A stretch of DNA of 49,209 nt. Source: Paramecium tetraurelia. Its lineage: Eukaryota. Location of the stretch: assembly GCA_000165425.1 (NCBI GenBank), contig CT868574.1, positions 372,001 through 421,209 on the forward strand. Reading direction: 5' to 3'. This document shows, one piece after another, positions 1 through 12,825 of the stretch. Under the pieces are notes generated by a model that did not search any database, had not been told where the DNA came from, and worked only from the letters and a program-made list of their open reading frames with translations. Numbering within the stretch: position 1 is the first letter of the stretch; each line of letters opens with the position of its first letter. Made by a program: the position numbers and the translations under genes.

Positions 1-174
1 ATAAAATTTGAAAAAGTAGACTAGAAAATTTGAGTACTTCAAAAAAACAAAAGAAATTAAAAATGTAAGACTTTATTATTATAAAAATAAATATTTAATT
101 TCAACATAAACCCAAAACCCAATAATCAATTGGTATATGAAAATACACTCATAATTCTATAGCATTATTTTAAT

Positions 175-662
175 TATAAATAACATCGACTGGAGCACCT
201 TCTCGAAGATTCGATTTTCTGTATAATTCATCTAGATTTAGTGGCCCTGATTAAGCTCTTATTCTGCTATGGGAGTTTCTTCAATTTACCTTATGATGGA
301 ATATTCTTTAGTGAGGGATTGTCGTTTCCCCTTTTCTCATAAACATTCCTGAGATTTTTAATTCGAATAGCAATTTCTAAACCCCCATTCCAAGACTTCA
401 TTCCAGTAACTACCCCAGATTTAAGTATGCTAGCCAATATATTTATCCTCCTCATATTTCGATTGAGGATTTAATTTAAAACTTTTGTGATAATTTCATC
501 CTCTTTTTTTTACAATTTCTCTGCTTTCTTTTCCTTAGTATTCGATTTCTTGACTTAAGTAGATAATTTAACAGTAGCAGGAACTTTCTTATTTCTTCGA
601 TAACAAAATTTGGCAATATGATCCTTAACTCCTCAATTGCAACACTTTTATTGATTAGACAT
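175..662 (-). pseudogene. SLU7: SLU7-like pre-mRNA splicing factor pseudogene
   Basis: ATG at 662. Zinc knuckle C-C-N-[TGA]-GVKD-H-IAKF-C followed by the Slu7 motif SKYEEDKYIGQHTQIWGSYWNEVLEWGFRNC. In-frame TGA at 633-635 and 337-339, a frameshift near 480, and large internal deletions relative to Slu7. 3' limit approximate. Confidence 0.75.
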
Positions 663-692
663 ATTTCAATAATTTATTTATAAAATATTATT

Positions 693-1198
693 TCACTCTT
701 TTCCAAGTACATCATCCCTTAGAGCTTCGCATACCTCAACTACTTCAGCTACAATTTCTTATGGAAGTGCCAAGTTTACAAGAGTGTCACTTAAATGTTT
801 GACTACAAGATTAAAATGAGTATCATCGATTCCTAATCCTCTATGAGCTTCTAGCATATCTCTTCCCATATAATTAGAAGGTCTAAATCATAATTAATTT
901 ATACCCCCCAAAAAGCATAGTGAGAAAGGCTTACATCTAAGAATTCAGCTTTTTCATGTCTGCTTTTACAAAGAAATTCTTTAGTTTTGGGTCATTCGAT
1001 AATTTTTGTAGTAGCTTATCAACAGTAAAATCAATAGCCATGCTTTATCCTAATCTTTCATAAATAGTTTTTTTCTAGATAATTTTTGATATTAAATACT
1101 TAAATAATGACTCTTGGATTGAAAACTGTTTCAATTGGTGCCTAATTCTATTAATTAGTATTATTAGGGATTGATAATTTAATTTCACTATCACCCAT
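693..1198 (-). CDS. Group I truncated (2/2) hemoglobin domain, probably the C-terminal domain of the upstream CK1 gene
   Basis: Spliced translation (introns 1075-1099 and 883-904): TIYERLGQSMAIDFTVDKLLQKLSNDPKLKNFFVKADMKKLNSQMQAFLTMLFGGPSNYMGRDMLEAHRGLGIDDTHFNLVVKHLSDTL...DDVLGKE*. It has the trHbN hallmarks FF(CD1), GGP-x-Y-x-G, proximal His F8 and HF. The frame stays open upstream of the ATG at 1198. Confidence 0.9.
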
Positions 1199-1512
1199 AA
1201 GATTCTTTTTAATTTATTCCTATTATTTATTAAATTATTCATTTCCCATTAGATTTCTTGCAATTTATTCAGTTTAATCAATGTCATTATCTGGGTTCTA
1301 AACCCTTTAAAATTTATTGTCTGTTATTTTAGATTCAACAGCCTATTTATCTTAAACTTTCTCATCTATGTTATTAATAAGTTGATTTACTAATTTAAAT
1401 CGTAATTGGGGGTTGATTTTCATCAGCATCATATTGATTAGCATTAACTTGAATAGTTATCTTACCATTATTATATGTATTAGTCTTTTATCCATTTATA
1501 GCCAAACACCAA

Positions 1513-2496
1513 TCATATTTAATAATCCCAATCATATCCATGTTTCTAGAAGAGTTCTTTAAACATTTTTCTGAGAAAACTATAATCAGGTTTATCTTCA
1601 AATCTTAATGATCTACAATAATTTAAGTAGGTTGAGAATTCAACTAAAAACATGATATTTTATTTTACTAGGCAAAGTCTTACATAAGACTTCAACTGGA
1701 GTGGTCATTTTCTTTTCCATAATTTTATGATATTTTTCTTATTTGTTATTTGCTTTGATTCCTTACCAAGGTAAATAACTTCTTAATAAATACACCATAA
1801 CATATCCGATAGCCTCTAAATCATCTCTCCTGGATTGTTCTATACCAAGATGTGCATTAATGCTGGCATATCTAGCTGTTCCTGTAAGATTTTTATTTTC
1901 TCTATATGGGATATGTTAATGAGTCTTAGCATCTCTATATTTCTTACTCAAACCAAAATCTAGAATGTACTTATTTTATTAATTTGATTATGTACCACTG
2001 TATTGGATTTCCTTCCTAACCCTATAAGAAAGTTATCTGGTTTGATATCTCGATGTATGAAGCTTTTAGAATGCATATATTCAACCCTTTGGATCATTTG
2101 ATCTGCCAACATGATGACAGTTTTTAATGAAAACTTTCTTTGACACAAACTGAATAAGTCTTCCAAATTTGGACCCAGTAAATCAATTACCATTACATTC
2201 AATCCTGCCTCTTATCCAAAATAATGCAATGCTGGAATACCAACTATTTTGCTTATTACAAAAACTACTTCCTCCTGCTAATGCTTTTGTAACTTTAGCT
2301 TCAAAAACTAACTGAGGATGTTTGGACTTAGCTTCTTCCTAAACAAATTCAAAATCATTATTACAAATTTGGCTGCCAATATGTCATTCTACTAAGTGGT
2401 CACCAAATAGATCTCTCCAAAAGAACCACTACCTAGTTTCTATTGGGTGATATATCTTCCATTATTTAATGGTATATTTTTTATCTCTGATTGCAT
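1513..2496 (-). CDS. CK1: Casein kinase 1 family Ser/Thr kinase
   Basis: Motifs [65 protein letters not shown] and LPWQG. Introns 2339-2364, 2244-2268, 1970-1995, 1644-1668. As written it stops at TGA 1513-1515 because of one extra base in the terminal DYxYDW motif; the shifted frame continues to the globin. Confidence 0.93.
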
Positions 2497-2557
2497 TCAA
2501 TTTTATTTAAATATATATTAGAATATTACAAATTTCATTTTACTTTTCATTAGATTA

Positions 2558-3600
2558 TGATTAATATAAAGCAATCTAATGAGAAATCCACAACACTCTT
2601 AACTTCCATAAACTTCAACAAACTACTCTACAACCATCAATAAAAAAGAAGAAATAAAAATATAATCAATTTTTTACAGAATTGTTGTAAAAAACTAACT
2701 AAAGCTTAGTTTAAATAACAAAGCAATAAAGTCAAAGAACTCATGAGTATTCATAACTTAATATTGGTATCATTAAGAATATCATCTAAATATAGTAATA
2801 ATCATTTGACTGACTTACTTTTTGTTAATAACTAATAATGGTCACAAAGGAAGGCAAAAAGCCATTCATTATGACTGAATTCATCAATTAATATCAAGTA
2901 TTATAATCACAATTATTTGATATCAATACATACTCTAAATCTATTATTTATTATGAATTGTTAAAACTATCAGCAATAACATTTGAATTGTACTTATTAA
3001 TATGTATTCTAATGTTCTTCTTAAATGATCAATATCATCCTCTTACTTATTTAAATGATTTAATCAATACTTATTTTAAAGTATAGAATGAATATGTTGA
3101 GATATAGAAATTGAAAATAATTAATTTATAAGATTGACACTTTCTAAATTTTAGATTAGATAAATTTGCCATTAAAGAATCAAATTTCTTATAATTAATA
3201 TCTTTACTTATTGTAATAAAATAATAACGACATTACCAGTCTATGATAATTATATTAATGATAAAATTAATTCTAGTAATCTTCTTAATTAAAAAGAAAA
3301 TCATGAATAATGAAAATTTGAACAAAATCTATCTGCTTGTGCTAAACAGGTTGGAGTAAAAATGATTGATTTAGATGACAAAGAAACAGAAAATTTTATG
3401 ATATCATCATGATGTTCCTAATCATTAGGAAAATAATATTATGAAAGTCTTCAAAATGTTTGAAAATTTTGAAGAGATTTAGCATAAAATTGGTTAAAAT
3501 CAAATGAATTGAGACTATCAAAGAGAATAAATGATATCATTCAACGATTAAAAAGGTAAGTAAGAGTTTATGAAATGATGGTTAATAAGTTAACTTAACT
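2558..3600 (+). pseudogene. Degenerate coding remnant of unknown family
   Basis: Several protein-like open stretches in shifting frames (e.g. MVTKEGKKPFIMTEFINQY, ACAKQVGVKMIDLDDKETENF), broken by TGA codons with no canonical introns to remove them. Limits approximate. Confidence 0.3.
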
Positions 3601-3701
3601 GTTCAATTGAAAATTAAAGTGTTTGAAACTAGAAGATTCTTATACAAAATTATAATAATGATTACTAATAATTTAATTATTAACTCTAATAATGAATTTA
3701 A

Positions 3702-5397
3702 TCAAAATTACTCATACTTTGCTTAAAAATTGTAACATAATAATAATAAACCTGGAAAAATATTTAGCAAATTATTTATCTAAGAGAATGAATAAATATA
3801 AATTTGTTTTACTCCTTTATCAAACATATTAATATCATTAAATTCTGTTGCAAATTCAATATTAAACTTAGTTTGTTCTTTTATAAATATAGGCTCTACT
3901 TTCAGTCATAGAAAACAAAATTATATAGGAATACTTCTAATTATTATGAATGACACTCAATTCAAATTTCCCATTCATTTATTATAAACTGTCTAACTTG
4001 CCACTAGGATTATTCTAATAAAGAATAACTTCACCTTCAAATAAGGTAAGAAATATTTTGGTTTCTTCACAATATTTGATTGAAATTAGAGATTTCTAGT
4101 TTAATATTGAAAATGTAACAAATTTAAATTCACTTTCAATTTTTTATTATTAATATAAATAGATATTTCCTAAATCAGACCCAACATAAATTTATCTGTT
4201 TCCTTGACTTAAACAAGTTATTTTCTCTTCATTCTCCAAAATAATCTATTAAAATTCAGAAAGTTCTTTATTATTATTGAAAATTTATAATTTATTTTCT
4301 ATTATAACAAGCAAATATTTAGAATCTTTATTTAATTAGATCTCTTGTAGCTCTTGCCTAAAAGATTTCATTCTATTACATATTTTTAAACCCTGTTAAA
4401 AAGAATAACTTTTAATAATATTATCCTTTCCTCCAGAAAATAATTCAGTATTTGAAAAGTCTACAATCAAAGTTATAACCTAATCTCTGTGCTACTATTA
4501 TTGATCTTTTTAAATCCAACCCTTTCCTAAATTTTCATAAAGTGAGATAAAACCATTCTCATATCCAACAAATAATTAATTACATTTATTATTTAAAGCT
4601 AAAGCAGTAACTTGTACATTAAAGTTATCGTTATTAAAATCAATAATAGATTAATTCTTAAATTCTAAATTTTCATCAATCTAAAGAATTTCTAAGTTCT
4701 TATAATTGTTGATAGGATATTATCCTTAGATGAGCAGATTTCCAGTTTAATTTAAAATAGCTGCTTATACCATGCTGGTTTAATAATCTTTTGTTATTTC
4801 AAATTTTTTTTTTGTTAAAGGAATTTATGATCTTATGGGTACAGGTATATTTGGTCTTTATTATTTAATTGATTTATCCTCTTTATCCCCTTTTACCAAC
4901 TTTATTAACTATTCAAAAAGTGTTATAAACTATTTTCGATAATTGGATTAGATTTCTTTTAATTATTCAGTAGTTTAATACATTGCACTTTTTTTTATAT
5001 CACTATTGTAAACAAATTCTACTATCGCCCTTAAATCTTCTAGCACAAATTCTTTACCAAATTCTTGATATTTAATGTATCTCATTAATTTAGTAATCTC
5101 AAATTCGCTTTGTTGAATTACCTTCTCAATGTACAAAAACACCTAATTTATCATATTTTCTATCTCTTTCTTTAAATTCTATAATGTTGATTGAATATTC
5201 TTATAATTGAGATGAATAAGTTCAAACACTGGTAGTAGCTAATTTAAAGTAAATTGAAGCCATTCAATAGATTCTCCTCGACCCTTGCATAAAGAACACA
5301 AAAGCCTTTCTGATGAATTTACTTCTTATTCTGTTTTAATCCTCGTAATTGGTTAATTATGGCGAATGCATAATATTTTACTAAAAGGGCCATTCAT
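3702..5397 (-). CDS. WD40-repeat protein with N-terminal Cys/His (B-box-like) motif and coiled coil
   Basis: Starts MNGPFSKILCIRHNQPI...RLLCSLC, then a helical region, then WD-like blades (VTALALNNKCNQLFVGYENGFISLY; HRDQVITLIVDFSNTELFSGGKDNIIKV). No introns seen; 3' end approximate. Confidence 0.7.
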
Positions 5398-6898
5398 CTC
5401 TGGTATAAATTAATAAATTTATTATGAATTCATTATGAATTATCATAGATTTAATTTCTAAAATAACTTATAATGAATACTCTTTAATTACTTGTTAAAT
5501 ATATAGACTAATAAAGAAACCTCTTAAATGTTAATTTAAAAATTTGACAACAATTTATGACTCACAATTTTAAACCGTTCTGTTAGAGTTTGTTATTATT
5601 ATTTATTATGATTTAAATTTACTATTTAAATTTTAGCCAAAGCCAATTAAAATTAACTTATAAATTGTAGTTAGTAAAGAAAGAAGAGAAAGTAACAAAT
5701 TGAATTTTAGTATTTATATACTTCAAAAAACATGTATAATCATTCTTAAATAAATTGCTAATCAATTATAAATTTACCAACCAAATCTATCATAATCTGA
5801 GGGTTTTATTTTACTATCACATAATCATTTATACATAAATTTTTATAATATTATTACCATATTCCTATCATTCTTTAATAAATTTAATTTCTAAAGTAAT
5901 AGATCATTATACACTTAATAAATCCGATTTTCTAAAATAGTTTTTTCTATCTACATCTAGATGGTTGAAGTTAGTTTTCAAACCTGCTATTTCATTTGAA
6001 CGACAATGAAACCTAGCCAAGATTAAAATTTAATTGCTAATATTCGTTCTAATTTTTGACAGTCATTATTTTACAATTAGATATATTTATGATTTCTATA
6101 CTAAAATCTATTATGCTTATAATATCATCTGGAGTAAATACAAAATGTCCTAATTCAAATAATTATAATAAATTCAAATATAAAGATGCTTAGAAGATTA
6201 ATTAATTGAATTTATTTAAATATTCCTAAAAATTTATCAAAATTATAAACAAATTATATTTTTTATTTGTAAAGTATAGACATTCAACAATAGTTAATTT
6301 TAAAAAATGGAAATATCTTTCCATGAAAGGCCTAACATAACTCTAAAAACAAATTAGAATAAAAATTTGATACGTTTTTAGCCAAAAAATCTAATTTAGG
6401 TTAGCATATGTTTTTTACAATTTAGTTTTCTTAAAAAATTCAATTGAAAAATGATTTGCAACGTCTTTAAAATTTTGTAATCAATTTGAAAATGAATTTT
6501 TTAATAAAAATATTTTTGATTTATTATTTCTTAAACTTTTTAATTCATTTATTTAATTATTAATTTAATTTCTGTTTCTTAAATAATTTAATTAAAATCT
6601 AATGATTATTCAAGTTTTTTCTCAAACTTATTAAACTAGAATTGAGTAGAGCATTTAAATAAAACCATTTATTGAAATAAAATATATTTATGTTCAAGAG
6701 TGAAATATATAAATAATTGACTTCCTATCAAATTTCGAACTTTATAAACTAGTTACATTTTTCTATTCATTCGCATCAATGTAATATAATGAACTAAAAA
6801 GAAAATTTTAGTGCCTAAATCAAATGCTCATTTATAATAAATATTGTTATGAGATATTTATAAATTCTGAATTATAAACTAAATAATAAATATTTCTA

Positions 6899-8272
6899 AT
6901 GAGATTATTGTTATCCTTAGTATTAATGTAAGAAGTGATAATAATTTAGAGAATTATTTTGTGGAAATATCGTCAACACAACTGAGAATTTAAGTGAAGA
7001 TAATGAGGAAATTGATATCGGCTTATAAACATATTGCAAGAAAATTCATTGTAATTCTTATACAACTGTATGAATGTTGTTTCAAATTTTAGTGTCATTC
7101 TTGTGAGTTTAAGAACTGTTGTTAATTTAATTTAGAAAAAAATCAGTGTTTCAGACTGTTAAAAGCACCATTTAATTACTCCGAACTATTTGATAGAAGC
7201 AAAGTAGAAGTAAAGAATTTATCCGAATATCCGGATCCACAAATGAATGTTACTTTTCCAAAATGTAATATTGTTAAGGAAGTTCCTCTATATAATGCTA
7301 CAAATTATTTATATAAGAATCACGATATTTGTGGAATACCAAAATATTGTCCAAATTAATCATACTATGTTTCTGCTGAATCTAGAATCATCTTCTAAAA
7401 TGTCAAATCATAGGTTGGTTAAGGAGAACTTTGTACAATATATTTTTAAGGAAGAATGGGTCCAGAATTCTTGATATAAATAGGAATAGGAAATTTATCA
7501 TAAACTGAGGTTAAAGCAGACCTAAGTATTTGCTTATCCGTTGGTCTGTTTGATGACTTTCCTTGTATTGATTCTCTTTAATAAATGTAAAATTATGTTA
7601 CAATTTGAGCAAATTAACCAAGAGTCTTTATTATAGGATAAGAGCAAATTAATTTAGAATTACTTTGTAATTCACAGAGGATGCAGAAATAGATTTCTCT
7701 TAGATATTCTATTAGATTATCAGCATACAAAAATTGTATTAATTTTCATTATAGGATTTAGAAGTTAATAAAATTAGCAATAACTATTTTAGTTTATTAT
7801 CATACTTCTGCTAACAATACTTGGAAGCATAGTGATAATGGCGTTGATTAGGACTATTTTAATACGGATATTTGGCAGAAGGTTTGTTGAATGGTTGGAT
7901 CCAGAACCTATTTTCCCTCATAGAAGAAGGCATTTCAATGTCTTATCAGAATTTGAAAGATTAAAATCTTAGAAGCTCATCCATCAGATCAAGTAAAATG
8001 AAATGAAATTTGAATAAGACAGATGCGCTTATTGCTTAGAATCATTTTAGACTGGAATAATTATTGAAATCTTTTGTGGGCATTGTTTCCACGAACATTG
8101 TATATAGAATCATATGCAAATACAAAAAAATGTGGGAAGGTGTTCTATTTGTTTAGTTGATATTAACAAAATGAATTAAACTCTGCAGTAATAATAATTG
8201 CCATAAGAATCCTTGGAAAATCAAAGTCAGATATAAGAAAATTAAGGCATGATTAATGATAATTTATAATGA
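6899..8272 (+). CDS. Single-pass membrane RING-H2 E3 ligase-like protein with Cys-rich ectodomain
   Basis: Signal-like start MRLLLSLVLIELFC after a 22-nt intron, Cys-rich luminal region, TM segment FIIILLLTILGSIVIMALI, then RING-H2 CAYC...CGHCFHEHC...CSIC. TGA at 8270-8272. Confidence 0.8.
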
Positions 8273-8308
8273 TTTAATTGTTCAGTTGCTGCTGGTTTAT
8301 AAATATTT

Positions 8309-11300
8309 TCAAAATAATTTAAATGTATCATAATAATCTTTAAAGAATTTGACTTATATGTCCTTCTTCTATTATTTTGATAATTTGTTATAACTTGAAC
8401 TTGAACTCATCAAATTATATAGCAGTCTTAAAGGGATCAAAGTCTAGTCATAATATTTAATCATATTTACTTTTGATTTTTGAATGTACTGATCAATTTC
8501 CTCATATTATTAGGAATTGAAAACCTTCAAATATTCTAATTGCATTAAAGTAATCTTCGGATTAAGCACAACCTCTTTACTATTCTTTTAACTTGATTCT
8601 ATAGATTAACAGCAAGTCGTATATTCAAACACCATTTAATCTCTTCCAATTGAATTTAACTTTATTATTCATAAAATGTTACCTTCTTAATCTTCCCATA
8701 CGTCTCCAAAAGTACATTTAAGCAATGCTCTGCCAAGAATGAAAAAATATCTTTTTGAGCATTTGGTGGTATAACACCGCCTCCTATACTTTTTAGTCTA
8801 TCTCGTTAATCAAGAATAAATTGTATCAACCTGTCCAAATAAATATTATTATTTTCATTGTGTAGATCCTTAAGATCCCACCTTTATTATGGTACATACT
8901 GTACTATTCCATCAATCTTTATATAGGTTTGCACAAAATTTCTATAAATGAACTCCTTATACTAATTATAGACTTCTTTAAAAATATCAAAATTTTATGA
9001 TGTTATTCCAATTAGAGAAAATACAGATTTAGTTTAAGAAAGTAAATACGCTAAGGATTCTGATGCTATAGCTCTTTCCGCAATGTCAACAAATTGTCTC
9101 TTTTCTTTGGATGCAAATATATCAATTTCTTTGAAGTCTATTCCTTCCTTACAAAACTTTTAGACAAATCTTTTGAAATAGCAAAATCGTTCTTAAAGAA
9201 CTAAACAGTCACTAAATGAATCATAAGTTTGTACAAAGAATTCAATTTCCTTACTTTCATCAAACTTCATTATTTATGAAAAATTCTCTAGTATTTATTT
9301 CTATTATGTTATCCCTACCAATTGATTATATGAAACAAACATATAGAGTTCTAGCAGTTAAAGAAAATTGGCAATTATTTGTTGTTGACATGATGGATGA
9401 TAAAAGGAAAGCAGAGCATATTATGGTAGCAATTCCAAGATTCTAATACTCGATGATGATAAAACTGATTCGATTTAATTCAAAACCCCTGTGGATTAAG
9501 TAGCATACTTTTTTATCCAAATTGCCTTAATAATGAGATCAAATTCCTCCTATTAAAGAACAAAAGGATTTTGGTATTCAAATAAATAAAATAACTACAT
9601 CTCTTTATCATTGTTAATCAAATCTTAGAAGTCAACTGTTTTCTTTGTTTCTTAATGATAATTCTCCTCCCTTTTTTCAATTAAGTATTCAAAAAGCTTA
9701 GTATTGACTTGATTTAAATTTGTGAGTTATTCTAATTATTGAATTAATTTAGAATCCTTTGTTAAGGGCAATCTCTAGTACAATTCATTTTGTAAATATG
9801 TACTTATAGATTTAAGATTTGTTTTATGGAACTACTAAACAAAACTCATATAGACATCAATGATGCATTTAGTTAATCTAATTAATAATAATATTCATAC
9901 TATTGTGAATCAGAATGACTAAAATCTTCAGCCCTTTTTATCAATAAGCAATTATAACCTAAGAAGTAGATTAACTGTTCAAGAACCAATGATTTTATAT
10001 TGATTAAATGGGCATTTATGATTTTAACAATTTTCTTTTGAATTTATGACCATATTAACTATCTCATTTCTAAGTATGATTGTCTAATTTATTCTGTATA
10101 CTCTTCGAATTAGGAGTTGCCATCCTCTTCCTCAATTTTAAAATCATTCTCTTGATGGAACCTATTGCAATAATGGAAATTAAGCATTTGTTCTACCAAT
10201 TCACTATACAGTAATTTATAGAATTATAATAAGTCTTCATCTTAGCAATTTTGATAGATTTTATGTGGAATATAAGATTATTCAAACAATTTTATAGCAT
10301 TTTTAAAGGTTACACTGATACTTTTCTTAGCCAAACCCCAAATTTGAGTTACATAAGATTACATTTAATAATGTTTTTCAATAAAATAATAGCTTTTCAA
10401 AAGGGAATAGTATTTTTTTTCATCAAACTTCATAAAATTTGCTAAGATGCCTGATTTTATTCTTTCTTTTAAGGATTCTATTTTATTTTCAAAAAAGTTA
10501 TCACTAATGCATGCTAATTTTAATTCATTCAATTTATATTTATTAATATTATTTTGAGTTTCCTTCATTATTGGTATGATTTCATAAGCATTATCATCAT
10601 ATTTGTTCATTGCCTAAGCTAATTAGCCAAAAGTCTATTTTAGGATCATTAACTTTTCCAAAGTATATTTTATCCTTTGAATGGATTTGTACTTTTCAAC
10701 AATTTACAATTATTTTTTTAAAGATGTGCGCTTACTTTCTTGCAATAACTATCTAGTTGAGATTACAGTCTAATACAAGGTACTGCTTTTTTCACACCAT
10801 AAATTAATTTAATCTATTCCTTAAATGTATTGGGGCGCTTTCATAATACATTATTATGCATATTAAGATTCAATAATTTACTCTGCTTAATTTAAATTGG
10901 CAAGGTAATTTTATGTTTCTTTTAAACCATCACCATTTTACCGAATAGTAGCTTTAAATAATCGATAAATGTATTAAAGTTATTATTTCATTAGATCAGT
11001 TTGTGAAATGTCAATGTTGAATTAATTGATGTCTATAGGAAACTAGTCGAAGGATAAAAGTTAATTCTTTGATTTTATGGATTACTAAAATGATGATATG
11101 GATTAGTATATTTACTAAACTGGATTGTAATTAGTTCAACAATAGATGACCAAAATCTGTTGAAGTATTAATATGGAATTCTGAATTGCCTGCCTGTAGT
11201 TTTTAATTGGACAATGATGAATTAATAATTGCTCTATTTCGCATATGTCATTTTACCTAAATATCCTATCATCATCCTTTTGTGATTCTAGAATTCTCTA

Positions 11301-11372
11301 AACCTATTCAACTGTCAATGTATTCGAAGAGTCACCAACCAGTTTACGTAATATATAATTTTTTACATTCAT
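8309..11372 (-). CDS. VPS50: Syndetin/VPS50 (EARP complex subunit)
   Basis: C-terminal segments AERAIASESL, VKWDLKDLHNENNNIYLDRLI and LLETYGKIKKLNSIGRDQMVFEY match the syndetin C-terminal domain as I recall it. About 1000 aa, helical, with several tiny introns. Confidence 0.8.
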
Positions 11373-11547
11373 TATTATTAATTATTTATTAATAACAAGA
11401 GTGTTGAAAATAAAATATATTTCAAAATTTAATTCAAAATGTCCGAAAAACAGTGCATCACCTGTATATATACATTTATAAGAGAAGAATACTTAAACAA
11501 TTAAGAAATATATTTGATTGCATTTATGAGTATTATTGAAAAATTAG

Positions 11548-12124
11548 TCATATATTTATTGGTTTTAATGAATAATAATCTGTATTTCTTCTTTTGAAAT
11601 CTATTCTTCTAGTTGTGGATGTAGTTCTTTAGTTACCGATTTCTAATTTTACTTTTGCATCTTAAGTTGTATCATCCATCTTCAACAGTATTTCAAGATG
11701 AGTATTATTTTAATGAAATGTTTTATTAATTTTTTCTGAGATTTCTTTCAATTTCATTTCAAATTCACAAGGTTTAATTTAATTATCATTAATACAACAT
11801 ATTCTATCTTATGCACTTAGATTGTTTTTTAATTGTAACTTTTAAATGGTAGTAGATGTTTAATTTTCTTAGTTACTTTTTGGATTTTGAATGGATTGGA
11901 AAAATATAGGAATTTTAGAGACTTCAATGGTTTAATTGATTGGATCAATAATTTCCTTAAACTTGGTCCAATATTGAAATTGCTTGGTATCTTACTTGGA
12001 AATAGGTAAAAAAATCTAAGAATGCATTTATTTTACTTACTTCTTCTATAAACCTAATAAATCCTGTACATAATTAGAAAAGTTGATCGGAACCAACTAA
12101 TTTGGTCTATGCTTGTAAAGACAT
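11548..12124 (-). CDS. Hypothetical protein
   Basis: Open in code 6 from MSLQAQTKLVGSDQLF to TGA at 11548-11550, with one 25-nt GTA...TAG intron. Confidence 0.6.
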
Positions 12125-12229
12125 TGCTATGCAATTTTGCTGTTAAATTAAATAATTATTTGAAGTTTATATAAATATAAATGTTTTATTTCCTCAATTA
12201 TACCCATAAGGAACTTGCCTATTTTATGA

Positions 12230-12754
12230 ATAATCATTTACACCACTTTATTGTGGGTTTTATATTGAACCAGCTACAATTGAAACTATATAGATTACCT
12301 GCTTGAGTCTGATTTCTTCTATAGGAATTAATAGCTGCAATAGCATCAACCTATTAATAGAATTGATTAAAATACTTTCAATATGACTTTTATAACGTTG
12401 ATAAATATCACAAAAATACATGAAGACCATTTCCCCATATAGGATTATTTTACTCAGTTGCTGTCCAAATGGATCCGATAGATAATAGCCAAATTAGATC
12501 TACCAAGATTAGGATTCCATTCAAAACCATTAACAACATTAGATAGACTGTGATTGAATACCATTAGGGTGTTAGCCTTGTCATTTCTTGATATCCAAAG
12601 ATAATAGCAGAAAAAAACGCAAAGGGAAATTAAAGTCATTCCTTATTAAGCTGGACATTACAGATCTTACCTCTTTGATATATTATATTTTTATTCTTAC
12701 TGTAATAGACAGAAAAATGAATTCAATAATTTTACTTAATTTTTTTGATTCCAT
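12230..12754 (-). pseudogene. Frameshifted small multi-pass membrane protein (AGTRAP-like)
   Basis: Hydrophobic segments (IRNDFNFPL / FFCYYLW; MVLNGILILVDLIWLLSIGSIW; GLHV / VIFINVIKVILK) lie in different frames, with shifts at T-runs near 12615 and 12415 and a degenerate intron acceptor. 3' limit approximate. Confidence 0.5.
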
Positions 12755-12825
12755 CCAATTTATTTTAGTAATGTTAATTATTATTATAGAGGTATATAGA
12801 TTTTTATCAATAATTATTTAAATTA

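Noticed and set aside
108..123. Telomere-like AAACCCAAAACCCAA
   Set aside because: Only two imperfect units; does not form a C3A3/C4A2 telomeric tract.
633..635. Selenocysteine at the zinc-knuckle TGA
   Set aside because: The same gene has a second TGA at a Gly position, a frameshift and deletions, so decay is the simpler explanation.
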